Origin: Cenococcum geophilum
Taxonomy: Eukaryota
Reading direction: 5' to 3'
DNA length: 64,000 bases
Assembly (NCBI GenBank): GCA_050273025.1
Contig: CP158635.1
Span: 4,650,001-4,714,000 of the forward strand
The notes under the pieces were generated by a model that ran no database searches, was not told the DNA's origin, and was given only the letters and a program-made list of their open reading frames with translations. The position numbers were made by a program, and so were the translations under genes. Below, in pieces: positions 1-12,689 of the stretch (the first letter of the stretch is position 1; every line of letters starts with the position of its first letter).

Positions 1-1168
1 CTTCTCTAGTGTTCGCTTATACTATTTTGGGGCGTTAGCAATCTTTTTCTTAACCTTCTTGGCCGTCGCTTTATCTAATTTCCAGTCCTTTGATTGAACC
101 AACTCATTAATATAAGGACAATCCTGGAACCAGTGAACAGCTCCGCAGTAGTACGTCGGGGTATCTTTCTTCTGTGCCGTCTTGGAGGTGGTAGGGGCCT
201 TGTCCTTAGGAGCCTTGTCCTTAGGAGCCTTATCGATTGGCTTGCCCTGGAAGCTTACTGCATTAGCACTAAGCTGAGCTCTATTCTTCTGCTGGGTAGT
301 CTCCAATTGTTGATAGTTTCGATATATGTTGACCAGTCGATATATGGATATCACGTGGTCCTTGGCCTAGTCGTGTTTGTTGAATTCGACCCTCCACGTT
401 AAGGCCCAATTTGGTGATACTGGCTCTACCGCCAGCAGAAAGTCTCTAATTGCTTGGTCGCCGTCTACATCTAATAATTTAATCTTTTTATAGTCGTTGT
501 ACGTCTTTTCCTACTGCTGTAACTAGGTCTCGAAGTTCTGATTCTTCGGGCCCTTTTTGACCTTGGCGTATTGAGTGGATAGGTAGAGCTGACGTGTAGT
601 ATTGGTAGGGGCAACCCTCTCCTTAAGAGTTACTAGTACGTCGTATACCGAGTCGATACCCAGTATGTAGGTGTTTAGATGTCTAGCTACTATACCGGTG
701 GTGTAGCTTCGTAGAGAAGTTAAGGCCGCCTTCTGCTTCTTATATTCCTTCTCTACTATCTTATACCTCTTATGGAGAATTCAAAGCTCGTCCTTCTCGT
801 CCTTAGAGAGAGCTGTATATGAGGTCGTTCCTGTCTTTATATCTTGAGGTCTAGGAAAGACTGGTTTAATTAATTGGGGCAACTTGTCCCGTTTGGTTGA
901 GGGGTCGACGTATTTCTATACGTCTCCTGTTTGGGCTTGAAGCCTAATAAAGTTGATCCATTCGTCCTAATCAGCTTAGCTCAATAATATCACCGTTGTG
1001 GTGATAGCTTGGGTAGGTGGTTGAGAAGTTATATTAAAAAGGTGCTTGCAGAAAGGTTGAAGGATTTGGTAATAAGTAGTATTTTGATAAGGGGTATATT
1101 AATTAAATAGATTAATTAAATTAAATAGTTGAATAGGGGCAATACGGTAAGCAACCCGGGCTTATAAC
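1..1168 (-). mobile_element. Ty1/Copia LTR retrotransposon 1, 5' internal part (degenerate gag), runs off the left edge
   Basis: Minus-strand gag-like frames with a zinc-knuckle remnant (YYCGAVHWFQDC) and stops. A Copia-like PBS remnant (GTTATAAGCCC on minus) lies directly next to the LTR at 1169. Confidence 0.75.
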
Positions 1169-1416
1169 TGATAATCGGAAGTCCGTGTACCGATTGTAAG
1201 AAAAGAATGATGACTCTGTCTATTGAATGGTGGCTCTAGAGCCTCTATATATATATAGGAAAGGTGTAGGAAATGAGAACGAGAAGGGGGTAGGGGGGTG
1301 GCAATGGAAACAAGGGGTAGGTGACTGAGTCAATGATCGAGTCAATGATTGAGTCAATGACTGAGTCAATGGGAGGCAGCTGAGTCGGTGATAAGATAAC
1401 CTGATTCAGGTCGACA
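1169..1416 (-). repeat. 5' LTR of Copia 1 (TG...CA, ~248 bp), containing a 12-bp tandem repeat (TGA[C/T]TGAGTCAA)
   Basis: Begins TG at 1169 and ends TCGACA at 1416, where unrelated pol sequence starts. Tandem units at ~1322-1370. Confidence 0.65.
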
Positions 1417-3958
1417 ATAACGTATTAGGAATAAGAAATAGCCCAAATACCTTAACTACGCTTAATCTACCACTTTAGTCTAAGGTACGCGTATAGCGTA
1501 AAAAGGGAGAATAGTTAGGCCTATATTAACTTATTACAATTAATAGTTAAACTTGCACTATTTAGATGCCTTATAGACCCACTTAATTCCATTTAACTAT
1601 TATTAAGCCTTACTATAAAGATAATAGTTCCGAGCCTTTATAGGATACCATAGAAGATGCCCTAGAGAAGAGCTATAATTAATATGCTCTAGAAGGCGAC
1701 CATAATCCTAATATAATTGTAGTAGATATACCGCAACTATAACGCGGTAGAGGTCGCCCAAAGGGATTATAAAATCGCTAATATCTTATTAATTTTAAAG
1801 AGTAATTTGTTGCCACCATTAAGAATAGAGTTAAGCTATTAATAGCCTTTATAACAGCTAAGAAAAAGGCTAACTTTAAACTCGCAAAACAGCTCTAAAA
1901 GGAAGGTCGTATTATAACTTCAGGAGCTCCTTTCTAAGCATCTAATAAGCAGGAAATCAATAGTCTCATTACAAGAGGGGTCTTTAAATTTAAGAAGTAT
2001 AACCCTATTAAGTTTAATAAAGTTCGCATCTTTAAGTTAAGAATAGTTAATAAGATTAAAGGCAAAGCTACTAACGCCCTATTTAAGAAATTAAGGCTTA
2101 TTATCTAAGGCTACAATAATAATAGTAAAAAGGTAATTCTTATATAATCTCCTATAATTCAACAAGCCAGTTAGCAAGTTATTATTACACTAGCTCCCTC
2201 CCTAATAAAGAATAGAATAGCAGTTTATCTGCAAGATATTACTTAGGCCTATACCTAATTAGAGATGCACCTTTAGCGCTTAATATTAGCATACCTTCCA
2301 GAGTAAATTTGCCACTAATACTCCGAAGATACAATTATAGTTATGCTTAAGCCATTATATAGAATCGCAGAGGTAGAAACTTACTAGTAGGCTACCTATA
2401 GCAAGCACTATAAAGAGAAGCTTTTAATAACTACTTCTATATTTAATCTATACTTCCTTATTATAACTACAGGAACTCTATTTGGAATCATCGGTATATA
2501 AACCAATAATATAATTATCTTAGAAGATAACCGATTCTTAGCTCTTAAAGAAAACAAGCTAGTAAAGGCAAATCTTATAGCAAAGCTAAAGGAAAAGCTT
2601 AATTTAATAACACTATTACTCTTTAATAGATATGTCCTCTCCCTAAACGAGAATTCCATTACTTTATGCCAGAAGGGTTAAGGCAAGAAGATCAACGTTA
2701 TTAATATTAATTCTCTAAAATAAGGATATATAGAGCAACGCGCTTATAGAGCTTATATCGCTTCTATCTATTAACCTAAGGCTTTATTTAATCTCTTTAT
2801 TACCGCTTAATACTAAGAACTAACTAAGGATAACGTCCTTGCCCTAAATAAGCGTCTCTCTTAGTAAATAAACTATCTCGACCGGGGACTACTCTATGTA
2901 CCTATTAATCTTCCCACCACTAAGCTCTTTGTATTTATTAATAGATTATTCACAAATAACAAAGATTTTAGCTCCTAGCTAGGATATAAGATTATTATTA
3001 CAAATAAATCTACTAGAGAGAATAACTTCACGATCTATAGTAATCTTATCTATTAAAGCTTAACTAAGAGCAAATGCGTTACTTAAAGCGTTCTAGCGTT
3101 AGAGATATATAGAATAGTTAGCGGAGTTAATATAGCAATTACAATTGGAACTACCCTAAAGATAATTATAGATCAACTCAAACTTCCTATTATCCCTATA
3201 ATCGTATATACTAACTTATACTCCCTCTATAAGTGCTTAGTTAAGCTTAGTACTATAAAAAAGAAGCGCCTTATAATTAATATTATAGCACTTTATTAAT
3301 CTTATAAATGGCAAAAACTCTTTAAAATTTAATGGATTAATAGTTAAGATAACCCAGTAGATATAATAATAAAGGTAAACCTAAATAAGGCTCTAGAAAC
3401 GTTTATTAATATAAATACTTTATACGTATAAGTTAAAGGTTAGGTTAAAAGGGAGTAAAAGTATAATACTCTACAGACCCTGATTTCAACTAGCTAATTA
3501 GGATTTTCCATACCCAGCATAGAAAATCACTATTAGCTTACTTATAGCTAGCGCCTTAGCGGCCCTAACAGCCCTAATATAATATCTACCCATAACTCCT
3601 TAGTAAGAAAGCACCACGTGCTAAGAGGCAAATTTTAGGATAGTAAGACTTATATTACAATGGTAATAGTAAGTAAGGAAAATCCATATTTGTTATAATA
3701 GTTAAGCAGTATTTGTATATAGAGGGCAACCACAAAAGAAGAGTTACTAGTGTCGGGAATAAGGCAATTTGCCGTCACGTATAGCAAACTGCCGTCACGT
3801 AATGGCAAGTTGCCATCACGTGTCGCCGCGGCACTAGCGTGGCGAGGAGCCTTAAGCTCCTCGCCCTTCCTCATTTCAATCAATAAGCTTTATTAACCAA
3901 CATCACTATAACCCTACTCGAGTAGTCGTTATTGGTAAGTCACCCTATATAACCAACA
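1417..3958 (+). mobile_element. RIP-degraded Copia element 2 (RT/RNase H, PPT and 3' LTR ~3751-3958)
   Basis: Plus-strand RT-like remnants (GVFKF..YNP..F..VRIFK.RIVN.IK; LKPLY.IAE; DNPVDI.IK). Purine tract AAAAGAAGAG precedes a TGT...ACA LTR. Confidence 0.75.
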
Positions 3959-5860
3959 ATATTAATAAAGCTCTTAAACCTCTATTTAGGTAGGGCCTTT
4001 ATAAGTCCATTAGCGATTATTTCCTTTATCGCTTTCTATTAAAATATTACTTATCTTATTATATATTTTTAACGTAGCTAGTGTTAATAGATATTAACAT
4101 ATTAGAGCTTTATAATTAGCTTAACTATATCTTCTTTAATTAATTGGAGTATTTAGGTGTTATTACAGTTAATAATTAAGGGCTTGTTTAGCCTTAATGT
4201 TATTACTTTAAATAGCCTACTAACAAAGATTACTTCCTTTACTGTCTGTAATAGGGCTAACAACTTAGCTTCTGTGCGTAACGTCATTACTATATCCTGC
4301 TTATTTGCTCTCTAAGTAATTAGTCCCCTAAATAGCTTTATAATATATTCTTATAAGCTCTTTCTATTAATGGAGTTATTTATAAATAATGTATTACTAG
4401 TATAGATAAATAATTGCGCTTTACTTCTACCGTCTCTTTTATTATCTTGTCCTATTCCTATATCTCTCCCTCTACTATTTATTCCTTCCTTATCTCCTCT
4501 ATAATAGATTGCTCTACTCTTTATACTATATAGGTATTAAATTACTCTATCTACCGCTTAATGGTGCTTTTAGCTAGGGTTCTAATTAAACCTTGCTAGC
4601 TATAATACTGCAAAGGTAATATCTGGACGTGTTATAGTGGCTATATAAAGTATTAAACTTATTTTTCTCTAATATAGTATTATAGAAGCTGCTTCTCTTA
4701 GTAGGGATATAGGACGGACTAGTAGGTCTGTATTAGAGGATAGAAGCGTTAAATGGATTAATTAGTAATTAGTAGGAAGGAGTTTAGATTCTGCTATAGG
4801 AGTATCTGGAAGACGCCCTTTAAGATCTATCTTATACTAGTTAGCTATTTTCTTAATATAGGCTTCCTATAATAGCTATAGAAGCCTCTAGCTATAATTA
4901 TATAGTATATAAATTTTTAAGAACTATTTTAGCTCGCTAAGGGTACTTATCTGGTATTCCTTGCTTAGCTCCTTAATTACTTCTTAAGTGTTTTTCTTGT
5001 CTATCTTTTAGTAGCAGAAGATAATATTATTAACATAGAAGAAGACAATTATTCTACCTTTTAGCATAATATACAACTTCTAGGGTACCTCTTTAAAATC
5101 CAATTCTATTAATAAGCTTATAAGATTCTTCTACTATAATAGCAGTAATTGTTATAGTTTGTAAAGGGCTTTTCTTAAGCGCAGTACTTTATCTTTCTTT
5201 CCATTATTAAATCCTAGCAGTAGCTTTATATAGATAACTTTGTTAAAATCGCAATAAATAAATATATTAACTATATCTATCTGTATTATCTCTAGGTTAA
5301 ATTTTGCGGTAATTGCTATAAGGGTTTAGAAGGTTGTACTGGCTAATATAGTAGCTCTTATAGGTAGGTCTCCTAGGACCTGTTGATTTCCGTATACTAC
5401 TAAGTGTATCTTATATTTCTAGAGGAATCTATACTTGTCCATTTTGTAGATAAATACCTATATTAAGCTGAGGATCTGCTATCCCTTTACATACTTCTTA
5501 TCTATTTCTTAAAATAACCTTATTTAATAATAAGATTGGAGGTATACTTATTAAGCCTCTTAGAACTAATTTTAAAGAGGGTGTATATTAAGGTCCCGGA
5601 TTGACTAGGGTAGAGGAGGTAAGTTCTTCCTATATAATCTAACATTATATATTCTACTTAATTTCAGCTTACTATTGTTAAGTTAATTATTAAGGTTAAA
5701 CTTCCTTTCTGCTAAAAGGCGCTATAGGGCATTTCTGTAGCTCTACTACAGCTCCTATGGGAGGTAGGCAAAGGTATAGAAAGCGTTAATCGCAGAGAGG
5801 GCGTTGGCCGAGAAGGCTCTATTACTATACTAAAGTAGGGAGTCGTGATAGAGGCCTGGT
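3959..5860 (-). mobile_element. RIP-degraded Copia element 3, pol fragment (RT/RNase H)
   Basis: Minus-strand remnants resembling FYVDDI, TRPDITFA and EIIADGLTK, with many RIP stops. Confidence 0.75.
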
Positions 5861-6146
5861 GGCAAAGAGGAGCTCACTTAAATCGCCCGCCGACGTCAAT
5901 CACGCATTGTGCGAAGCCAAATCTGGAGCCTCATATAGAAGCTCACCAAACGATCAGCTCAATTACAGATTCAAATGAGCTACGATAGTAGCCGCCACTT
6001 ATTACAAAACGGGCGACACTAAAATACGCGCAACAAATATGATATGGAGCCGATTTGCAACCGAACGTACCCTTACCTGATCGCGTCCCGCATAGCATGC
6101 ATCAACAGTTCCTCTCCCATCGTTTGGCCGCCATGGCTTCTCCCTA

Positions 6147-8187
6147 TAACAGTCTTTGCGTTAAGACCACGAATAAGATCAGCCCACTTGGTTGCAATAG
6201 TTCGCTCAGTTTCCGTCAGCGACTCCCATCTCTTCAAATCCTCGCCCGAAGCCTCTTCTATCTGTTCCGCGATATCAAGAAAGGGGAGGTTTGGCTTATT
6301 AACCTTCCTATTAGGATTAAGCGGCAGCTTATTAAGGACAATAAAAATAGTTGGCACTGCATAGCTGGGTAAACGACCTTTTAAGTAGTCCCGTACCTCT
6401 GTCTACATCTACCTAAACTTCTTAGAATAGACCTTTGTAGGACCAATGTCAGTTCCTTTATCTTTAACGCCCTCTAGGCCTTAAGCTTTAAGCCATTAGG
6501 CCTATTCCTTTAGCTCTGGTATAATATAGCTAACAAGTATTAGTTCCTTGTTTCTATCTCTCTAGATAAGTGTCTTACAGTCTCTAATTAAGGTGTTCTG
6601 GCGTAAGTTGCTGTTAATATTATTAAGCTTAATTTGGAAACCACGAATCTTAACTTAGTCGTCTACGCGTCCTATACACTCTATATTACTAGACTTTAGG
6701 TATCTACCTAGGTCCCCAGTCTAATAAAGCCTATCTTACGGTCCCTTATAGTATTTTCTCCACAATTTACCTTTACTGTTCTTATTATTAGCTTCTACCT
6801 ATATCTTATTGTCCACAAACTAATTTATAAGGAACTTCTGGTCGTTTAATGCCTAATCTCCCTTATAACCTTTAGTAAGACTAGCAGCATAGATATAAAT
6901 CTCTCCTGCTTCTCTAACCTTATATAGCTTAGTCCAATCTTCCTAATTTACAATAAGAAGCTATATATTCTTTATACCCTTCCTAGCTAGTACAGTATCT
7001 TTTAGCTTGTCTAAGAAGTTAGAATCCTTTGCTAGGCTTGGTATTTTATAGTAGCTTACTACCTACTGCGTCTCGGTGGTACTAAAAAGGTTAAGTATAT
7101 TGGCGTTAACCGCGAGTTCCCGCAGACTCCTATAATCTCTTATTGTAAGAACATTGCTAATAAAGAAAGCCCTATCTAGAGATAGAAATTTTGCTATTGC
7201 TCTACTGACAAGAACTTAGCCTATAGTAGGCGTCAGATATAACTATTGGCTTATGCTTACGCATCTATTCTACAAGCTTCTAATGCTAAATATCCTCCTT
7301 TAAAGGAACTAACAATTATGCTTTAAGAAACAGAGGTATAAAGATATCTCTTTGCATGGGATTATGTGTAATACCTAATAAAAGAGTGAACCGACTCTCT
7401 AAATTAAGCTGGAATGTCTTGGCTATCTAGCTAAAGTACTTAGTGAGACTGAAATAGCGGCTAAGTACTTCTTTAGGCCTTCTTTTGCTACTAGAAGTAA
7501 AAAAGAGCATAGGCGCGCTATTGGGGCCTACCTATGTATTAGGCGGTAAAGAAGCCTTTATTTTAACCTGGGTAAATAAATCCTTATTACCAACTTTATC
7601 TCTAGATAGGACACTACTATCACTAATGTGTAGTAAAGGAACTTTAACCTTTAGCTGGAGCTCCTTATTAATATACCTTTATATAATTAGGGCCAAAGGT
7701 CCTGCCTTATCTGTTACCCTTGCAATATTAACCAATATATAGGGCTAAGCGACCTTAAGATAGATCTTCTGTCTCGTTGGTGGGTAGGCTAGATTAAGGA
7801 TACTTAGCATTACTATAGAAGCCTTATAGAAAGAAGGAAAGAGTGAAGTTAGTATATTAATAGGTTGGGAGATAAAAATTGCAAAAGGAAGGAAAACTAT
7901 ACTAGTGTGCCTATTATACTAACAACCAAGTTAACTAAGTGATATACCCAAATCATAACAATATCTCCATTGGTAACTTCTGTGTTATAGAGGTAGTGTG
8001 CTAGAATATTTAATGCTTTGTAGATCTGCTTATAGGTAAATCTCCTCTTGGGAGCTTCTAACAACTTTGTCTCTACCACATATATTCGGTCCGGATGTTT
8101 CTTTACAACCTTACTAAAATGCCACTAAATTAAACCAACGTAACCGGACCAGTTAAGGTCTATAGTGGGATCTGGTAATTATAGCAT
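6147..8187 (-). pseudogene. lys2: RIP-mutated, 3'-truncated L-aminoadipate-semialdehyde dehydrogenase (alpha-aminoadipate reductase) copy
   Basis: Start resembles M..LPDPTIDLNWSGYVG; adenylation motifs (LFFTSSxxRPK, GTTETQ, DD.VKIRGFQIKL, LPLNPNRKVNKPNLPF); then EDLKRWESLTETERTIATKWADLIRGLNAKTV. Breaks before the phosphopantetheine site. Many RIP stops; an intron-like segment is retained at ~7824-7900. Confidence 0.8.
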
Positions 8188-8497
8188 TCCAATAAAAAGC
8201 AAGGGGTTTAACATGCGGGAACTTAAGTATACAGAAACCGGCAGCTTAATAAATCTTTGGGCCACTAATTAGTTGCGAATTCATATTAACAATTGCAAAG
8301 TATCAGAAGTGAAAGCAATGTAGGGAAATTTTTAGTTGCAAGATTAGCGTGGAACGCCATTACTTACAATCCAAACTAGGCTAGGGATCGGAAGCCAGGG
8401 ATCGGAAGGCGGCCACAGATTGATTTGATTTTGATTTTGTTGTGCACGTACACAGTAGGCATGAACGTGGCATATGGATGGAATCGATCGATATCTA

Positions 8498-8698
8498 CGG
8501 AGGACCGCGCGAAAAGCGATTTTCCCCTTCCTTTTTAGGACTAGTGGCTGCCCCCTATAAGGCCCCAGAGTTACGGGCCTAAGCAACAAGATTTTGGGCG
8601 GTTTCCGCCCAAACGTCAGCGTCCTTATAGGCAACCTTATGGGGGAAAATCGCTGATCCCAAAAAGGAAGGGGAAATCGCTTTTCGCGCAGTCCTCCG
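8498..8698. mobile_element. MITE (Tc1/mariner-like, 201 bp)
   Basis: ~45-bp near-perfect TIRs CGGAGGAC[C/T]GCGCGAAAAGCGAT..CCCCTTCCTTTTT, flanked by TA on both sides. Confidence 0.85.
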
Positions 8699-9093
8699 TA
8701 GATAGATGGTTAAGTAGCCCTGCTGCTCAGCTGGCTACTGAGGTGCCAAGCCGGCACGGAAGAACCGTCTCCGTTGTGGCAGCCACGCGGTTGCCAGGAA
8801 AAGTGGCACCACAAAGAAGTCGTCTTGTTTACAGCTTAAATACACAACAACCCTAAAATTATATAAAATAATAAAAATATTAGTATAATATATTACAACC
8901 AGCTCAATTATATAAGCCACTTAAATTTTTAAAGGAATGAGTTGTTGCAGTTTAATAAAGCTATAAAGTTAGGCAACTTTTAAAGTTCTCGGCGATTTAT
9001 TGGTTTTGCGGTGCCACGACTAAGCAATACAAGCACTTCAATATGGCGGGAACAAAAAAAAAGAAATGAAGCTAAATAAGACACCATCGAGCC

Positions 9094-12000
9094 TCAGGCA
9101 CCAAGAAGAATGAAAGGTGCCCATAGAGAAGGCTTACTGTGTGGCTCAGCACGAACGCACATTACTGCATGCCGCAGCGCCTCTGCTATCACTCTCGGCG
9201 TCAGCTGCCCCGTGCCACTCCTAATCAGCTCTCTGTAGAACTCTTCTGCGATGCGAGCGCAGGCGGCATCGTTAGCCGACCAGAGGGCTCCTATAACATG
9301 TTCGAATCCGGCCATCTGGAAAGCGCTAGCGAGATGGAGACCCTCGTCGGCGAACTGGCTCGCCTTGATCTCCGCCGTCGAGCATGCCGAAAGGAAAGCA
9401 ATCAGCAACCGCCGCTCTGCTGCCTCTTTCGAAATCGCCGACATGGTCAGCTTGTCGACTGCTAGTTTGCCGTTGACTTCCTTTTGCAGCAGTAGGTGGC
9501 TTTTAAAGGGTTCCGTGGGATCCGATGATCCGTGGCACGCAAAGTGAGTGACGCTTGACTCGGTCAGCTTCTTGAGAACGTCTCTGGCGGTTCGGAGCCG
9601 TAATTCATCAATAGAATAAAACCCCTTGCAGGCCTTTTGGATGGCGGCACTCTCGGCGTCGACGCCGGGCAGATCCCTCTGGCCGGGCGTTGTCGGCATG
9701 GTGACGAGGAGAATGGAATCGACCTTGTTATCCATGGCGTCTTCCACGGTATACATAGAAGCACGGGATCGGGAATAGGCGAGGGCCTTGATGGTGGTAG
9801 TGTACGAGGGGACGACTCTGTTGAGCGTGTTCTCTACCGATTTGCTCCCGAAGTCAACGCCAGCGGCGTGAAACGGAAAAGAACTGGCGATGCCAGAACC
9901 GATCCACCAAACACGAGGGGGCTGGGCGAGATCGGAGCTCAGGAAACCCATGGCCTCGAGCTGGTCGAGCACCGGTTTCACGCAACTGGTCCACAGCCAC
10001 GAGTATTCGTTGGAGCTCGAATCAGTCTGAGGGTCGTCTGCGCTCATGATAGGCCGGTTGCCGTCATCGACAGCCCTCCTACGTATCGATGCGTGCGCCC
10101 AGTACTTCTGTCGGATAGAGAGAGGCGCGTTTTCTAGTGGCGGCACGGAAAGGCGAAGTGCCTTGGCACCATTGAGCGTGAGGATGATGGCATCACTACT
10201 GATTTCAGAGATATTCACCACCACAATTGGACCCTCGACGGCCTGCTCTTTCAACTCGTCCATCTCTGGAGCCATCTGGAACCGTTCGTACCCCCGAACA
10301 GTCCGGATCTTATCGACACAGTCCTGAATCTCTTGGAGAGCTTCCCTTCGATCCTTGGCGAGTTCTCTCGCAATTACTTCTCTCCATTCGCTTATCAGTT
10401 GACCCTGAATCCCCTCGCTCCACTCTCCAGCGATATCCCCGGGAAGCGTTGTTGTGCGATAGCCCTCAAGCTCCTCCGCATTCACCCTAAGGCGAAGGAA
10501 TTCGTAGCGTCTCGCTAGGTCCTCGTGGTCTTTTCTGAGTGCCATCAGGTCGCTTCGATCCTCGATCATGTAACCGAGGAGGATCCCACGGCCAAACTCG
10601 AGCTGCTGCAGAGCCTTTTCGACTTGTCTCTCCAAGAGACTCAGTGACGCCGCATCGGCAGCAAGACCGCAAACTTGAATGATAACGTACTGCTGGTCCT
10701 CGTGGCTCATATAGCGACGACACGCTAGGGGCACAAGCTTCAGTGCCTCCTCCGCGAGCGTACCTGCCTCAGTCCAATCTTTTTTATGAACTAGGATTGC
10801 AATGGCACCTCGAGCACACTCAATTCGATTGAGCGGAAGGCCATGGGGATTGCGACTTGCTTCTGTGAACAGAGCGAGCGCCTCATTCCTGTCTTGCTCG
10901 CCGGTGCGAATGCATCGATTCTTTAATCCAGTAGCAAGGTTTTGAATGCGGACCACCGCATCACTGTCATCATTCGGCGTCAGGTGTACAGCTTGACGGA
11001 AGTGTTCGATGGCACTATCTAGATCAGCCTCCACCCCACTCGTTTGGTACAGACAGATCAGCCTGGATCCGAGGTTGCTCACGGCGCTGGCGTAGACTGG
11101 ATCGTCCTTTTGTGCCAATTTGACTGATTGCCTAGCTGCTTTGACAGCCTCGTCGAGGTCTAATCTGTTGCGGCTTTCCTCGTAACGGCACTGAAGTAAC
11201 CAACCCAGGGCCTCATACGCAAGAGCGCGGGAAGGAACCGTTTTCGGTGCGGAAGTTATGATGTCTTGCACCGCTTCTGTAGCTTCCTCGAGGCTTGTAT
11301 TATCTCGTTTTCGTTCGAATTTTTTAGCGAGGGCAACAAACAGCAGGTGTAAAGAGACCAGCCTTTTGTAGGCGCCCCTCGGGGACAAGTCAACTGCCTG
11401 TCTTGCAAGCGAGATGGCTTGATCCACGTCGGCCAATTCCCCTTCACACACATACAGGCTGCAGTACACCCTCACAAGGTCATTCAACCACGCTGCCCTG
11501 GCGAATCCTTTCTGACCTGGCAGATCCACGGCTCTCTGTGCTGCATCTCTGGCATCATTGATATCTCTGCTGTCTCTGGTCCTTTCGTATCGACTCGCGA
11601 GTGAGGCCGAAAGGCTGCTCAAGCATTCTGCGAGGACATCTTCTAATCTCGGGTTGACATCAGCCGCTGCCCGAGCATGTTTCACGGCCTCGGTGAGATC
11701 TGATAATTTGCGGCTCTGATCGTACTTGCTGTGGAACCTGCGGCTGAGATTGCTCAAAACTCTCGCCCAGTTCGGGCTGTCTTTTGGCATCAAGCGAACA
11801 ACCTCCTCTGTAGCTTTAATGGCCTTGTCAATCTCAGACAGGCTTCGGGTTCTCTCATAGAATCTCTCATGTAACTGGGCAAGGATGATCAAGAGCGATG
11901 CCCGACGTTCGGCAAGCCGATCGGTAAGATCGTCAATCGATATGAGGGCCTCCTGGACCAATTGGAACGCCTCGTTGAGATCCTGATCACCATTGTACTC

Positions 12001-12549
12001 CGAATATCGCAGATCGAGCGCAGCGGCGAGCTCGTCCATGGCAGCCAAGCGCATATCCTGCCCCTCCTCATCATCAGACAACCTTTTTGACATGGCCAAT
12101 AGTTCTTTCGCTTCCTCGATAGCCTCGTCTAGGTCCGTCTTGTCTCCAGTATAATCGAACAGGTCCTTGAGCATCGGCACGAGGCGGTATAGAATTGTAA
12201 TGCGATCAAACTCTGTTGGCGAGTTTTTTAGGGCTGCACGATTGCACATGATGGCTGTTTTGAGGAGGTTTTCAGGGCGTATTGAGACGTCTTCGGAGGT
12301 CCGGTATCTGTTGTACAGACGTTTTGAGAACATGAAAAGTGTGGATGGGTTCTCGTAGTCAAACTCTAGACATGTTTCCTCCAATTCCTGTTCGTCCGCG
12401 CCTTGAATATTGTAGAAATCTCTATCGGTCTCTTCATCAGAGCCCTTGTCCGCCTCTTCGCCCATAACTTCAACCACAAGGGCGTCTAGTATTTTGTCCA
12501 GCTTTCGGAGAAATTCTTCGCTCAACAAATCCTCCACCGTTTCGGCCAT
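9094..12549 (-). CDS. TPR-repeat + CHAT (caspase HetF associated with TPRs) protease, 1151 aa, intronless
   Basis: Uninterrupted ORF. Repeated helical units (L...Y..TG...DLDEAI..A..AV..TP) across the N-terminal half. C-terminal CHAT domain with the His/Cys dyad intact (HFACHG, FLSACST), AFQMAGFEHVIGALW, and terminal WAPFILLG. Confidence 0.93.
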   Translation of the reverse strand: MAETVEDLLSEEFLRKLDKILDALVVEVMGEEADKGSDEETDRDFYNIQGADEQELEETCLEFDYENPSTLFMFSKRLYNRYRTSEDVSIRPENLLKTAIMCNRAALKNSPTEFDRITILYRLVPMLKDLFDYTGDKTDLDEAIEEAKELLAMSKRLSDDEEGQDMRLAAMDELAAALDLRYSEYNGDQDLNEAFQLVQEALISIDDLTDRLAERRASLLIILAQLHERFYERTRSLSEIDKAIKATEEVVRLMPKDSPNWARVLSNLSRRFHSKYDQSRKLSDLTEAVKHARAAADVNPRLEDVLAECLSSLSASLASRYERTRDSRDINDARDAAQRAVDLPGQKGFARAAWLNDLVRVYCSLYVCEGELADVDQAISLARQAVDLSPRGAYKRLVSLHLLFVALAKKFERKRDNTSLEEATEAVQDIITSAPKTVPSRALAYEALGWLLQCRYEESRNRLDLDEAVKAARQSVKLAQKDDPVYASAVSNLGSRLICLYQTSGVEADLDSAIEHFRQAVHLTPNDDSDAVVRIQNLATGLKNRCIRTGEQDRNEALALFTEASRNPHGLPLNRIECARGAIAILVHKKDWTEAGTLAEEALKLVPLACRRYMSHEDQQYVIIQVCGLAADAASLSLLERQVEKALQQLEFGRGILLGYMIEDRSDLMALRKDHEDLARRYEFLRLRVNAEELEGYRTTTLPGDIAGEWSEGIQGQLISEWREVIARELAKDRREALQEIQDCVDKIRTVRGYERFQMAPEMDELKEQAVEGPIVVVNISEISSDAIILTLNGAKALRLSVPPLENAPLSIRQKYWAHASIRRRAVDDGNRPIMSADDPQTDSSSNEYSWLWTSCVKPVLDQLEAMGFLSSDLAQPPRVWWIGSGIASSFPFHAAGVDFGSKSVENTLNRVVPSYTTTIKALAYSRSRASMYTVEDAMDNKVDSILLVTMPTTPGQRDLPGVDAESAAIQKACKGFYSIDELRLRTARDVLKKLTESSVTHFACHGSSDPTEPFKSHLLLQKEVNGKLAVDKLTMSAISKEAAERRLLIAFLSACSTAEIKASQFADEGLHLASAFQMAGFEHVIGALWSANDAACARIAEEFYRELIRSGTGQLTPRVIAEALRHAVMCVRAEPHSKPSLWAPFILLGA

Positions 12550-12689
12550 GGTACTAGGAGAGTTCAGGCCAGCTAAAGAGAAAGGTTACGAGCACAAAAG
12601 ACGTTAGCAGAGCAACACATTAGTGTCCCCAAGCTGGAGACTAAGGCACAGATTCTGTGGGGAAGGACATTGACGCAGCAAGGCATCAC

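Noticed and set aside
6073..6357. 94-aa ORF as a functional NRPS/Lys2 gene
   Set aside because: It is only the least-mutated tail of a stop-riddled, truncated pseudogene.
9139..12358. Many short ORFs overlapping the TPR-CHAT gene
   Set aside because: Antisense or alternate-frame shadows of a long GC-balanced CDS, with no recognisable motifs.
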